From Desulfobacterales bacterium (GTDB taxonomy: Bacteria; Desulfobacterota; Desulfobacteria; Desulfobacterales; JAHEIW01): a stretch of 34,227 nt of DNA. The notes beneath the pieces were generated by a model. The model was not told where the DNA came from. It saw nothing but the letters and a program-made list of their open reading frames with translations, and made no database searches. The translations under genes and the position numbers were made by a program. Location: the NCBI GenBank assembly GCA_050123495.1, contig JASFGZ010000003.1, positions 1-34,227 on the forward strand, in the 5' to 3' direction. Of the stretch, positions 1 to 9,007 are shown piece after piece (within the stretch, counting starts at the first letter, position 1; the number at the start of each line of letters is the position of its first letter).

Positions 1-327
1 GCTGACGTCCCGCATCCTGTCCACCCGGTTGTTGTCTACATTGTCTCGCTCTGCCCGATAATTGTATACCGGCCCCAAGCGCCACATGGTGCTGGGAATC
101 AGGTTGGCTCTGAGATTCAACCCTAATAATTTCACAAACATCCCGTTGCCAAATCTGACATCGGCAAAAGGGACAGGGACCGCTTCGTAGTAATCTGAAC
201 CTTCATAGTCGGGTTTGAATCCGATACCGCCACCGACAGAGACATCTGCGGCCTGTGCTGTGGGCGCTATTAAGCATATCGCCGCCAGCAATAAAAAAAA
301 TTCGATGAATCGCTTTCCTAATTTCAT
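1..327 (-). CDS. MipA/OmpV family outer-membrane protein, 5' part (runs off the window)
   Basis: Not in the ORF track. Manual translation from ATG at 327 (AGGAGGAG RBS upstream): MKLGKRFIEFFLLLAAICLIAPTAQAADVSVGGGIGFKPDYEGSDYYEAVPVPF... Signal peptide ending AQA and the P-x-YEGSD-Y---P-P motif typical of MipA/OmpV. Open to position 1. Confidence 0.8.
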   Translation of the reverse strand, partial: MKLGKRFIEFFLLLAAICLIAPTAQAADVSVGGGIGFKPDYEGSDYYEAVPVPFADVRFGNGMFVKLLGLNLRANLIPSTMWRLGPVYNYRAERDNVDNNRVDRMRDVS

Positions 328-447
328 CTGTGCTCCTCCTTTTAATGGTTTCATTAAATTATTATGAATAACGTACCCCTCTCTCACCTGCAAACTATGA
401 ATTATTAAAGCCGCCACCGTATATTCGGCCCCGCCTTAGTGGGCGCT

Positions 448-1266
448 CTATTCTGCGATTAATTTATTGCGATGCTCGACATAGGCGTCGCGAACCGCAA
501 CGTAAGGATCAAGGGCTGCTTCTTTGAGGGCATCAATATCTTCATACTGCAGCGACAGTTCATTAAACTTGTCGTAGGCCGTAATGGCCAGTGTTGTCCG
601 CCAGCTATAACCCCCGAATTTATCGTATTGAAGCCAGCCGACCGGATCTAAAAAATACGAGTCGATAAAACGCGCACTGTCGCGTAAACTCGATGGACCC
701 AATATCGGGTACATGATGTAAAAACCATTGCCGGCCCCCCAAAACGCCAGCGTCTGCCCCAGATCCTCCGGACTGGGCTTCAGATCCCAGTGCGAAGCCA
801 CTTCCCCAAGTCCGGCTAAACCAATCGTGGAGTTAATCAAAAAAGCCCCTAATTCCTGGGTCGCCTTGGTCCCTTTAAATTGAAGCAGACTGTTCACAAA
901 GCGAATCGGAAAGCGCAAGTTATAAAAAAAGTTGCTGATCACGGTCCTGAATTCCACCGGGATGAAAAAATTGTAAGTCTGCGCGGCGGGCTTCATAATT
1001 ACGACATATAAAATGTCATTTAGATTATAAAATGCGTAATTGATAGGATAAAACGGATCGTTAATTTCCGCAACTTCATCCTCAAACTCTTCATCTTCTT
1101 CAAAATCCTCATCGTCTGCCGATCCCTCATTGTCTTTAGCAGATGATTCCGGACTCGTTTGGGCCCAATATACCCCCGACTCCCGGTCTGCTGCATAAGC
1201 AGGATTGCCAAAGCTGATTATTGAGCAAAAAGCCAAAATTACCGCTATCGCTAATAATTTCTTCAC
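448..1266 (-). CDS. mlaA: MlaA/VacJ family lipid asymmetry protein
   Basis: DPFYPINYAFYNLND, FLINSTIGLAGL, EDLGQTLAFWG, PILGPSSLRD, DPYVAVRDAY motifs. GTG start, acidic N-terminal linker, operon context. Confidence 0.93.
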   Translation of the reverse strand: MKKLLAIAVILAFCSIISFGNPAYAADRESGVYWAQTSPESSAKDNEGSADDEDFEEDEEFEDEVAEINDPFYPINYAFYNLNDILYVVIMKPAAQTYNFFIPVEFRTVISNFFYNLRFPIRFVNSLLQFKGTKATQELGAFLINSTIGLAGLGEVASHWDLKPSPEDLGQTLAFWGAGNGFYIMYPILGPSSLRDSARFIDSYFLDPVGWLQYDKFGGYSWRTTLAITAYDKFNELSLQYEDIDALKEAALDPYVAVRDAYVEHRNKLIAE

Positions 1267-1376
1267 GGATTGCGCTCCTTTCCTCCTCGACAGTTTGAAT
1301 CTCCGACCGTATTGCTGTTTGGTGCCCTGCAGCAGTCGGGAGATTTTGGATAAGAAGAAATCGTATTTGATGCGAT

Positions 1377-1414
1377 GCCGGCAAGACCAATGCCGAAAGT
1401 CTTCGGTTGCCGGC
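1377..1414. other. GC-rich stem-loop just after the mlaC stop
   Basis: GCCGGCAA (1377-1384) pairs with TTGCCGGC (1407-1414), with an inner CCGAA/TTCGG hairpin (1393-1406). No U-tract, so function is uncertain. Confidence 0.35.
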
Positions 1415-1416
1415 TA

Positions 1417-2013
1417 TTACTTGACTTTTTCCCTTAGGGTTTGCAGTAAATCTTCAGGTTTATTTTTGGAAAGGATCTGTCTGAACTGCCCGCGATAGTT
1501 CTTGATCATACTGACCCCTTCGATGACCACGTCATATACCCGCCATTGGCCGGTCCTGTTCGAGGTTCGGTAAAAAAGCGGTACTTTTTTGTTATCGATC
1601 GTAATGATATAACTTTCTACTTCGACCCGGCCCTCTTTGAGCTGGGTTTCTTTACCAAATTCGATCTTTTCATGGGTGTAAGCCAAAATTCGGTCGGCAT
1701 AAACATTTTCAAGGAGCTTACTGAAAAGATCGATAAATTCGGTTTGCTGTTCCGGTGTGAATTTTTTCCATTCCCGACCGAGTGTGCGTTGGGATAGCTC
1801 TTTATAATCAAATACTTCATTGATGATTTTGCGAATTTCAGCTAATTTGGCATCGCGTGGCAGCTCTTTAAACGCCGGTTCCTTCATTTTTGCCAGTATT
1901 TTGTTGATCTGCCCTTCAACGGTTGCTTTAGCGCCGTCGGCATGAACCTGCAACGGTAAGATCAACACAACAGCAAGCAGTATGATGTTCAGTCCGATAA
2001 ATTTCCTTTTCAT
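1417..2013 (-). CDS. mlaC: MlaC/Ttg2D periplasmic phospholipid-binding protein
   Basis: Signal peptide, FDYKELSQRTLGREW, WRVYDVVIEGVSMIKNYRGQF. Start moved to ATG 2013, which has a GAGGGGAG RBS. Confidence 0.92.
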   Translation of the reverse strand: MKRKFIGLNIILLAVVLILPLQVHADGAKATVEGQINKILAKMKEPAFKELPRDAKLAEIRKIINEVFDYKELSQRTLGREWKKFTPEQQTEFIDLFSKLLENVYADRILAYTHEKIEFGKETQLKEGRVEVESYIITIDNKKVPLFYRTSNRTGQWRVYDVVIEGVSMIKNYRGQFRQILSKNKPEDLLQTLREKVK

Positions 2014-2102
2014 ATCTTTTCTCCCCTCAAATTCAAAGTTTCTGCACACAAGATCCTTTAACTACAAAAACAAATCTTGTTGCTGAATTCTACGATTGAT
2101 TT

Positions 2103-2134
2103 AATCCGCAAGCTGCAATCCGAAACTCGAAATT
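2103..2134 (-). repeat. Heptamer array (ATTGCGG family), solo arm
   Basis: + strand AATCCGC AAGCTGC AATCCGA AACTCGA AATT. On the transcribed (-) strand this is an ATTGCGG-type arm about 20 nt after the mlaD stop. Confidence 0.7.
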
Positions 2135-2154
2135 GGGCAGTCCAATGCCCACCC

Positions 2155-2616
2155 TTATTTTTCCTCACCACCGACATCACCGAATGCATATTTGCTGACA
2201 AGTTCCATGATGTCTGTTGGAGATTCGGTATCGGTGATGGTATCACCGTTTGCCAGCAAATCACCGCCGCCGCCGGCATCGATGCTCACAAATTTGTCGC
2301 CGATTAATCCCTCGGTCTTGATGGAGGCAATCGCATCATCGTAAATTTCAATGCCGTTATTAATTTTTAATTCGACAATGGCCACCTGGTTTTCCTGGTC
2401 CATTTTAAAAGACTCCACCCGGCCGATCTCGAGACCGAGCATATTGACGGGATTGCCGACTCTGAGACCGGTCACGTTGCTAAACTTGGCATATAAAGAA
2501 TAGGTGTTTTCCCCGAGAAACCCGATATTGCCAAGTTTTACAGTCATGTAAGCAATGCAAAACAACCCGATGACCACAAAAAGTCCGACAACTGTTTCCT
2601 GAGTATACTTTTTCAT
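2155..2616 (-). CDS. mlaD: MlaD (MCE-domain) protein
   Basis: N-terminal TM (ETVVGLFVVIG), FSNVTGLRVGNPV, ASIKTEGLIGDKFVSI. Start overlaps the mlaF stop (TAATG). Confidence 0.95.
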   Translation of the reverse strand: MKKYTQETVVGLFVVIGLFCIAYMTVKLGNIGFLGENTYSLYAKFSNVTGLRVGNPVNMLGLEIGRVESFKMDQENQVAIVELKINNGIEIYDDAIASIKTEGLIGDKFVSIDAGGGGDLLANGDTITDTESPTDIMELVSKYAFGDVGGEEK

Positions 2617-3869
2617 TAGGTTTTACCTCCGCGTTCACATTGAAAGCGTGCAATCGGTTTTTGGTTAAATCTGGCGAATTCCATAACGGATTCTATCTCA
2701 ATTTGAGGTTTGCCCTGAGCCAGACCGGCAAGAATATTGAATTCGAAGCAGTCGTCCGGGACCTTTTCCCCCTCGACCAGGCTTTGAATATTCGGCAAAC
2801 CATGCTCCAGAAAATCTTTTTTAAAGTCCACCATAATGCGTTCGGCTTCCTCAAGGTCGGAATAGGGCAGCACGGTCGCATATTCATTAATGGTCTGCCG
2901 TGCGGAAAATCCGCCGACCGCACCAAAGTGCTTATTAATATAGGACCCCAGGGCCCTTATGATCTCCTGAGTGGCGTCGTGCCCCATGTTCTCACTGACA
3001 AGATCGATCTCTTCAAGCGCAAAGATGGCCACCGCATACATGGCATCCGGATGCCGCTTGCTCAAATCGGTTTGATAGCGGACTTTAAAGTGGCGCTTGG
3101 AGTACAGACCGGTAATGTCTTCCTGCAGGCTTTCGAGGCTGGTCAGGATTTCTTCACGGAACGGATGTTCAAATTCCTCGAACTCATCCGGGGTGCCCTG
3201 GAAAACGATCTTCTTGTCATAAAGGGCCAGAATGCGATTGGAGATAAAATACACATCCGGGATTTCATGGCTGATCAAAAGAGCGGTAAAACCAAACCGG
3301 TTTTGATATTCCGCCACCATACCCAGAATGGCATTTTTACGAATGGGGTCCTGGCCGGTGGTGGGCTCATCGAAGAGCACCAGAGAAGGATCGGTTACCA
3401 GCGCCCGGGCCAGAGCGGCCCGCTTCTGCATACCGCCCGACAGTTCAGACGGGTATTTATCAAACACCTCGGTCAGCTCGGTCTGCTCGATGCTGGCCAT
3501 GACCTTCTCCGCAATTTCCTTTTTGCCCAGACGGGTGGTCTGACGCAACGGGAGGGCCACATTTTCAAAAACCGTCATCGAGTCAAAAAGGGCGTTGTTC
3601 TGAAACATGTAACTGATCTGACCGATGTAGGCGTTCCATTCTTTTCTACTCATTTTATCAATGGGTTTACCCCGATACAGAACTTGACCCTCATCCGGTT
3701 TGAGCAGCCCGATAATGTGCTTGAGGGTCACACTCTTACCGGTACCGCTCAACCCGATTAAGGTGGTTACTTCGCCCTCATAAATTTTAAAGTCGACTTT
3801 ATCCAGAATGGTTCGCACGTCAAACGTCTTGGTCACGCCTTTAAATTCGATTATTGGCTCTTTTTCCAT
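2616..3869 (-). CDS. mlaF: MlaF ABC ATPase fused to a C-terminal degenerate GGDEF-like domain
   Basis: Walker A GLSGTGKS, signature LSGGMQKR, Walker B LFDEPTTG, H-loop ISHE. An extra ~165 aa begins DITGLYSKRHF and contains MGHDATQ and ARQTINEYATVLP. Confidence 0.9.
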   Translation of the reverse strand: MEKEPIIEFKGVTKTFDVRTILDKVDFKIYEGEVTTLIGLSGTGKSVTLKHIIGLLKPDEGQVLYRGKPIDKMSRKEWNAYIGQISYMFQNNALFDSMTVFENVALPLRQTTRLGKKEIAEKVMASIEQTELTEVFDKYPSELSGGMQKRAALARALVTDPSLVLFDEPTTGQDPIRKNAILGMVAEYQNRFGFTALLISHEIPDVYFISNRILALYDKKIVFQGTPDEFEEFEHPFREEILTSLESLQEDITGLYSKRHFKVRYQTDLSKRHPDAMYAVAIFALEEIDLVSENMGHDATQEIIRALGSYINKHFGAVGGFSARQTINEYATVLPYSDLEEAERIMVDFKKDFLEHGLPNIQSLVEGEKVPDDCFEFNILAGLAQGKPQIEIESVMEFARFNQKPIARFQCERGGKT

Positions 3870-3878
3870 AATAGGCCT

Positions 3879-4727
3879 TTACAAAATGAAAGAGGTTACA
3901 ACATAATCTGAAATCAGGATCATCACACATGATAGCACGACAGCGGATGTGGTCGACAGGCTGACGCTGCGGGCACCGTAACTGTCGGTGCGCATATGGG
4001 TGAAAAAACCCTGAAAGCAGCAAATGGTGACGACAAGAATTCCAAAAACCAGGGATTTCACAAAACCGCCGGTGATATCTTCCATTTGAGTGGCGGAAAT
4101 GACCCGGTAAAAATAAGCGCCGGAGTTAACTCCCAGCAAAACACAGCCGCTGATCCATCCGCCGATGATACCGATAAGATCAAAAAAGGCTGTTAAAATG
4201 GGAAAACTGATGATGGCAGCCGCAATCCGCGGGCTGATCAAAAAACCCACCGGATCGATGCGCATGGTGGACAGAGCATCGATCTGTTCGGAAATACGCT
4301 GGATGCCGATCTCGGCGGTCATGGCCGATCCGGCCCGGGCGGTAATCATAATCGCTGTCAGAACCGGCCCCATTTCTCTGATTAATGAAAGCGCAACGGC
4401 AGTACCCAGCACACCCACCGAGCCAAATTTAACCAGAACATGATACAGTTGCAGGCCCAGTACCATGCCGGTAAAAAAGCCCACCAGCATAACGATCTGG
4501 GCGGATTTGGCTCCGATAAAGTATATCTGTTGGATGATGGCAGGAATCTGCTTATAATGAAAAATCATGAAGAAGGACCGGAATAAAAAAATCGCAATGG
4601 CCCCCAGATTGCCGTTGATCCTCAATGTTTTTGCGCCAAAAGGATGAAAAATCCACGTAAATGGATTTCCCGGTTTTTCGACTGCGATAGCGTCGGACGG
4701 GTTTTGCTCGTTCGAATTTTCTGCCAT
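3879..4727 (-). CDS. mlaE: MlaE ABC permease
   Basis: REMGPVLTAIMITARAGSAMTAEIG, EQIDALSTMRIDP, TTSAVV motifs. Start placed at ATG 4727 (AAGGAAG upstream). Confidence 0.93.
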   Translation of the reverse strand: MAENSNEQNPSDAIAVEKPGNPFTWIFHPFGAKTLRINGNLGAIAIFLFRSFFMIFHYKQIPAIIQQIYFIGAKSAQIVMLVGFFTGMVLGLQLYHVLVKFGSVGVLGTAVALSLIREMGPVLTAIMITARAGSAMTAEIGIQRISEQIDALSTMRIDPVGFLISPRIAAAIISFPILTAFFDLIGIIGGWISGCVLLGVNSGAYFYRVISATQMEDITGGFVKSLVFGILVVTICCFQGFFTHMRTDSYGARSVSLSTTSAVVLSCVMILISDYVVTSFIL

Positions 4728-5051
4728 GGTGAATCTTCCTTCTTTTTTTTTTGCCGAATCTTCAAGTTCAATAGCTGAAACGCTATTTAAGGCATGAGAC
4801 ATTCATCGGGAAATCTAATCATTCTGCCCCACTGTTTATTATCACAAAAACTGCCAAGCGCAAGCATAAAATAGGAATACCTATTATTTTTAACTGAATA
4901 ATTAGACTTAAACCGTATAAATCCATTTTAAACTGATTTTCTTTATTTTGATGAATTTTCGGCAGAATTATCTCAAAAAAAGCAGATATTGACTTTAAAT
5001 TAACAGATGATAATGTTTTCGAACGGTTAGCGAATATATCAGGAGGAAAAT

Positions 5052-7157
5052 ATGGCAAACAGCCTTTACATCGCTGCAATGGAACCCGGTAGCGGCAAAT
5101 CGGTGGTCGCCCTCGGTATTATGGAAATGCTTTCAAGACGAACTCGCCGACTGGGTTATTTTCGACCCGTCGTGCCTTCCGCAAAAGAACCGGATAACAA
5201 TATCCGGCTGATAAAAACGCGATACCATCTGGATCTGGACTATGAAGACATGTTTGCCTGTGCACACGCTGATGCCCGGAATCTGGTTGCTGAAGGACGC
5301 GTTGAAACGCTTTTGAAAAACATTCTTAACAAATACAAGGCCCTGGAAGGTAAGTGCAATTTTGTTTTGTGCGAGGGTACGGATTTTACAGGTGTGGGCT
5401 CCGCCTTTGAGTTCGAATTTAACGCCGATGTAGCGAACAATCTGGGGTGTCCGGTTCTGGTGTTGGTCAACGGCCGCGGCAAATCACCCACTGAAACCGT
5501 AGAGGCGATGCAGGTCGCCCAGGAGTCATTTGAAGAAAAAGGGTGCACGGTCGTGGCGACCATTATTAACCGGGCGGATATCAATCGATTCGCGGACGTT
5601 AACGATCAAATAAAAAAAATGGGCCTGCAAGCAGAGCCAATTTACATTCTACCCGAAGAACCCACATTGGGGAAACCAACGGTGGGCGAAATCGCGCGGA
5701 ACCTTAACGCCCAGATTTTTCAGGGCGAACCCAAAAGTTTGAACCGGGAGGTACGTGATTTCAAGGTTGCCGCCATGCAGTTGCCCCATTTTCTGGAACA
5801 CGTCACAGACGGCGATCTTATTATTACACCGGGAGACCGTGCCGACGTGATTCTGGGAAGCCTGGCGACCACCGTCTCTGAGACCTACCCGAATATTGCC
5901 GGCTTGCTTTTGACCGGGGGATTGACACCTGAAAAACCGGTTCAGCGCCTGATTGCGGGCTTTAAAAAGTATTCACCGATTCCGGTTATCATGGTTGATA
6001 CCGACACCTATACCACTGCCATGAATGCCAGTGTGGTACGCCCGGCGCTGACACCTGAAAACGACCGCAAAATCGCCGCCGCCCTGGGTATTTTTGAAGC
6101 CCATGTGAATACAACCCGGCTCGAGGACCGCATCCAGGTGGTGCGTTCAAACCGGGTTACGCCCATCATGTTTGAATATAAGCTCATCGAGAGAGCCAAG
6201 GCCGATCCCCGGCACATCGTTTTGCCGGAAGGCGAGGAAGAACGCATATTACGCGCCAGTGAAATCCTTTTACGAAGGGGTGTGGCCGACCTCACCTTGC
6301 TGGGAAACCCGGATGAGATCAAAAATAAAATCGGCACCCTGGGACTCAACCTGGATGGAATTCAGATTATTGATCCGCTCACATCCGAGTGGCGCAGTGA
6401 CTTTGCCCGGACATATTACGAGATGCGCAAGCACAAGGGCATATCCGAAAAAATGGCCGCCGATACCGCCACCGATGCCAACTACTTTGGCACGCTGATG
6501 GTATACAAAGATCTTGCCGACGGCATGGTTTCGGGCGCCATCCACACCACGGGCGAAACGATTCTGCCGGCCCTGCAGATTATTCGCACCCAGCCTGGAT
6601 TCTCCGTCGTTTCCAGCGTTTTTATCATGTGCCTGGCAGACCGTGTCCTCGTTTACGGAGATTGCGCCGTCAATCCCGATCCGAACGCCGCACAGCTGGC
6701 GGAAATTGCGATCAGTTCTGCGGAAACCGCCGCCATCTATGGAATCGAACCCTGTATCGCAATGTGTTCCTATTCAACCGGCGAATCGGGCAAAGGCGCC
6801 GAAGTCGATAAAGTGCGAGAAGCCACCCGCATCGCCAGGGAACGCCGGCCGGATTTAAAAATTGAAGGTCCCATTCAGTACGATGCCGCCGTGGATGCCG
6901 GCGTCGCCAGGACCAAACTTCCGGAAAGCGAGGTTGCCGGCAAAGCCACTGTCTTTATTTTCCCGGATTTGAATACCGGTAATAATCTTTACAAGGCGGT
7001 GCAGCGTTCCGCAAATGCGGTTGCCATTGGCCCGGTTCTGCAAGGATTGAAAAAACCGGTCAACGATTTAAGCCGCGGCTGCACGATCCCGGATATCGTC
7101 AACACCGTCGCCATTACCGCCATTCAGGCACAGGCGGTCCATCGGCCCGGCAGCTAA
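5052..7157 (+). CDS. pta: Phosphate acetyltransferase, long form (BioD-like N-domain + DRTGG + PTA)
   Basis: GSGKS, ITPGDRADV/LLLTGG, IVLPEGEEERIL, YGDCAVNP, GPIQYDAA, FPDLNTGN, NDLSRGC. AGGAGG RBS. Confidence 0.97.
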   Translation: MANSLYIAAMEPGSGKSVVALGIMEMLSRRTRRLGYFRPVVPSAKEPDNNIRLIKTRYHLDLDYEDMFACAHADARNLVAEGRVETLLKNILNKYKALEGKCNFVLCEGTDFTGVGSAFEFEFNADVANNLGCPVLVLVNGRGKSPTETVEAMQVAQESFEEKGCTVVATIINRADINRFADVNDQIKKMGLQAEPIYILPEEPTLGKPTVGEIARNLNAQIFQGEPKSLNREVRDFKVAAMQLPHFLEHVTDGDLIITPGDRADVILGSLATTVSETYPNIAGLLLTGGLTPEKPVQRLIAGFKKYSPIPVIMVDTDTYTTAMNASVVRPALTPENDRKIAAALGIFEAHVNTTRLEDRIQVVRSNRVTPIMFEYKLIERAKADPRHIVLPEGEEERILRASEILLRRGVADLTLLGNPDEIKNKIGTLGLNLDGIQIIDPLTSEWRSDFARTYYEMRKHKGISEKMAADTATDANYFGTLMVYKDLADGMVSGAIHTTGETILPALQIIRTQPGFSVVSSVFIMCLADRVLVYGDCAVNPDPNAAQLAEIAISSAETAAIYGIEPCIAMCSYSTGESGKGAEVDKVREATRIARERRPDLKIEGPIQYDAAVDAGVARTKLPESEVAGKATVFIFPDLNTGNNLYKAVQRSANAVAIGPVLQGLKKPVNDLSRGCTIPDIVNTVAITAIQAQAVHRPGS

Positions 7158-7220
7158 ATAGGTCGTGGCAAACTCATTCTGGCAGAATAGTGGCCTTATA
7201 CGCTATTAAGACGCCTTTTA

Positions 7221-7252
7221 ATTGCGGATTGCAGATTGCAGATTGCGGATTT
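7221..7252 (+). repeat. Heptamer array, left arm of an inverted repeat
   Basis: ATTGCGG ATTGCAG ATTGCAG ATTGCGG ATTT. Confidence 0.92.
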
Positions 7253-7329
7253 ACTAATACGAAGAGCATGTGCATTATTGACAGATTGGGGGATTGGATA
7301 TTCAAAAGGAAAATAATGGGAGGAAGCAA

Positions 7330-7694
7330 ATGGGAAATGAAACAGCGATGAATCCAGAAGTAATGAAAGATCGGACAAAGAAATTTGCAAAACAGATTAT
7401 TCTCCTTTGCCGAAAACTGCCTAAAAATCGAGAAGGAAATCTGATTGGAAATCAAATTTTTAGGTCGGGTACCTCAGTTGCGTCCAACTATCGTGCAGAG
7501 CAAGATCTAGAGCCGAATTCATTGCTAAAATGGGTATTGTAGAAGAAGAGGCAGATGAAAAATTATTTTGGTTAGAGGTAATAGAAGAAATAGAAATCTT
7601 TAATAAAGATTTAATTTCATCCCTGATGCGAGAATGCAATGAAATTTTATCCATGGTGGTAGCCTCAATAAACACGGCCCGAAAGGGAAAGTAA
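7330..7694 (+). pseudogene. Four-helix-bundle protein (23S rRNA intervening-sequence protein/Avd-like family), frameshifted
   Basis: Frame 1 from ATG 7330 (GGGAGG RBS): MGNETAMNPEVMKDRTKKFAKQIILLCRKLP...QIFRSGTSVASNYRA. It continues in the -1 frame from 7497: RARSRAEFIAKMGIVEEEADEKLFWLEVIEE...ECNEILSMVVASINTARKGK* (TAA 7692-7694). This matches the family pattern RSGTSVGANYRAACRARSxAEFxxKxGIVEEEADExxYWLE. Confidence 0.88.
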
Positions 7695-7723
7695 TGTTAC
7701 GTTACAAATTGGATATTAAAATC

Positions 7724-7754
7724 AATCCGCAATCTGCAATCCGAAATCCGCAAT
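7724..7754 (+). repeat. Heptamer array, right arm (reverse complement of 7221-7251)
   Basis: AATCCGC AATCTGC AATCCGA AATCCGC AAT. Its reverse complement matches the left arm at 29/31 positions. It ends a few nt before the ackA RBS. Confidence 0.92.
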
Positions 7755-7769
7755 ACATAAGGTGTGCTT

Positions 7770-8990
7770 ATGAAGGTTCTCGTACTTAACTCCGGAAGCT
7801 CATCGATCAAATACCGGCTCTTCGACATGACCGGCAAAACCGTGCTGGCATCCGGCGTTATGGAAAAAATCGGGGAAGCCGAAAGCCGGCTTACCCACCA
7901 TACCCGCAACCGCAAAGGTGAAATGGTAGAAATCGTCAAAACCGAACCGGTTGCCGACCACCAGCAAGGCTTTCAGCTGATCGGAGCTGTTTTAGGAAAA
8001 TCAGGCGCTGTTCAGGATAATAAGGAACTGTTCGGTATCGGTCATCGGGTGGTACACGGCGGAGAAGAATTTAAGGAACCGACACTTATAGATAAAAAAG
8101 TAATCGACGCCATTCGCAGACTGATCCCGCTTGCCCCGCTGCACAATCCGGCCAATCTGCTGGGTATTGAAGTCGCCATCCAAAACGCCCCGCAGGTGCC
8201 CCAGGTGGCCGTGTTTGACACAGCCTTTCATCATTCGATTCCGGTGCATGCGTTTCGCTACGCCATCCCGCAGGATCTCTACGAAGCGCACCATGTCCGC
8301 CGCTACGGCTTCCACGGGACATCTCATCATTATGTCGCCAAACAGGCGGCAAAGTTAATGAACCGCCCCCTGGATTCGCTAAACCTGATTACCCTGCACC
8401 TGGGAAACGGCGCCAGCGCGACCGCGGTTAAAGAGGGTATCAGTATTGATACGTCCATGGGTATGACCCCCCTTGAAGGTCTAATTATGGGAACCCGCAG
8501 CGGTGATATCGACCCGGCGATTATCTTTTATCTCAAGAGGAAGACCGGTCTGGCCAGAGATGCGGTTGAATCCATACTGAACAAAGAAAGCGGCCTGAAA
8601 GGGATCTGCGGCGTCAATGATATGCGTCAAATTGAAGAGCTCGCCCGCGACGGCAATCCCCGGGCTAAGCTGGCCATCGAAATGGTTTGCTACCGTATCA
8701 AAAAGTACATTGGTGCCTACGATGCCGTCCTGGGCCGGCTTGATGCGCTGGTGTTTACGGCAGGCATCGGTGAAAAATCACCTCTGATTCGTGCGGGTTC
8801 CTGCCAGGGGCTCGCTCATCTGGGAATCGAGGTGGATCCTGATAAGAACAACCGCAGGTCGAAAGAGGCATTTGAAATTCAGGCCGAAAGCAGCACCGTC
8901 AAAGTCCTTGTTGTTCCCACCAACGAAGAACTCGAAATTGCCGAGCAGACGGTTGCGTGTGTCGAACACAATCGAGACCAGGGCAAATAA
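7770..8990 (+). CDS. ackA: Acetate kinase
   Basis: LVLNSGSSSIKY, GHRVVHGG, APLHNP, VFDTAFH, RRYGFHGTSH, HLGNGAS, MGTRSGDIDP, FTAGIGE, PTNEE. Confidence 0.97.
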   Translation: MKVLVLNSGSSSIKYRLFDMTGKTVLASGVMEKIGEAESRLTHHTRNRKGEMVEIVKTEPVADHQQGFQLIGAVLGKSGAVQDNKELFGIGHRVVHGGEEFKEPTLIDKKVIDAIRRLIPLAPLHNPANLLGIEVAIQNAPQVPQVAVFDTAFHHSIPVHAFRYAIPQDLYEAHHVRRYGFHGTSHHYVAKQAAKLMNRPLDSLNLITLHLGNGASATAVKEGISIDTSMGMTPLEGLIMGTRSGDIDPAIIFYLKRKTGLARDAVESILNKESGLKGICGVNDMRQIEELARDGNPRAKLAIEMVCYRIKKYIGAYDAVLGRLDALVFTAGIGEKSPLIRAGSCQGLAHLGIEVDPDKNNRRSKEAFEIQAESSTVKVLVVPTNEELEIAEQTVACVEHNRDQGK

Positions 8991-9007
8991 TGAAGGAGAC
9001 CGTGGGT

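Noticed and set aside
1069-1125. Acidic low-complexity tract in MlaA (DDEDFEEDEEFEDE)
   Set aside because: An ordinary disordered linker before the MlaA domain, not a DNA repeat element.
2640-3761. 373-aa + strand ORF
   Set aside because: Entirely antisense to mlaF with no recognisable motifs; a shadow ORF.
4989-5016. TTGACT...GATAAT promoter for pta
   Set aside because: The spacer is only 14 nt to the best -10, and AT-rich DNA yields such matches by chance.
4819-5079. 86-aa minus-strand ORF in the mlaE-pta divergent region
   Set aside because: AT-rich promoter region, overlaps the pta start, no motifs.
7174-7455. Minus-strand ORFs 7174-7455 and 7196-7390 with QSAICN-type repeats
   Set aside because: The peptide repeats are just translations of the heptamer array, antisense to the real four-helix-bundle gene.
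7330-7694. Diversity-generating retroelement (because the protein is Avd-like)
   Set aside because: No reverse transcriptase and no template/variable repeat pair seen in the window.
7221-7754. Heptamer arrays as a CRISPR array or classical IS terminal repeats
   Set aside because: No 23-47 bp repeats with unique spacers, no cas genes, no transposase and no evident target-site duplication.
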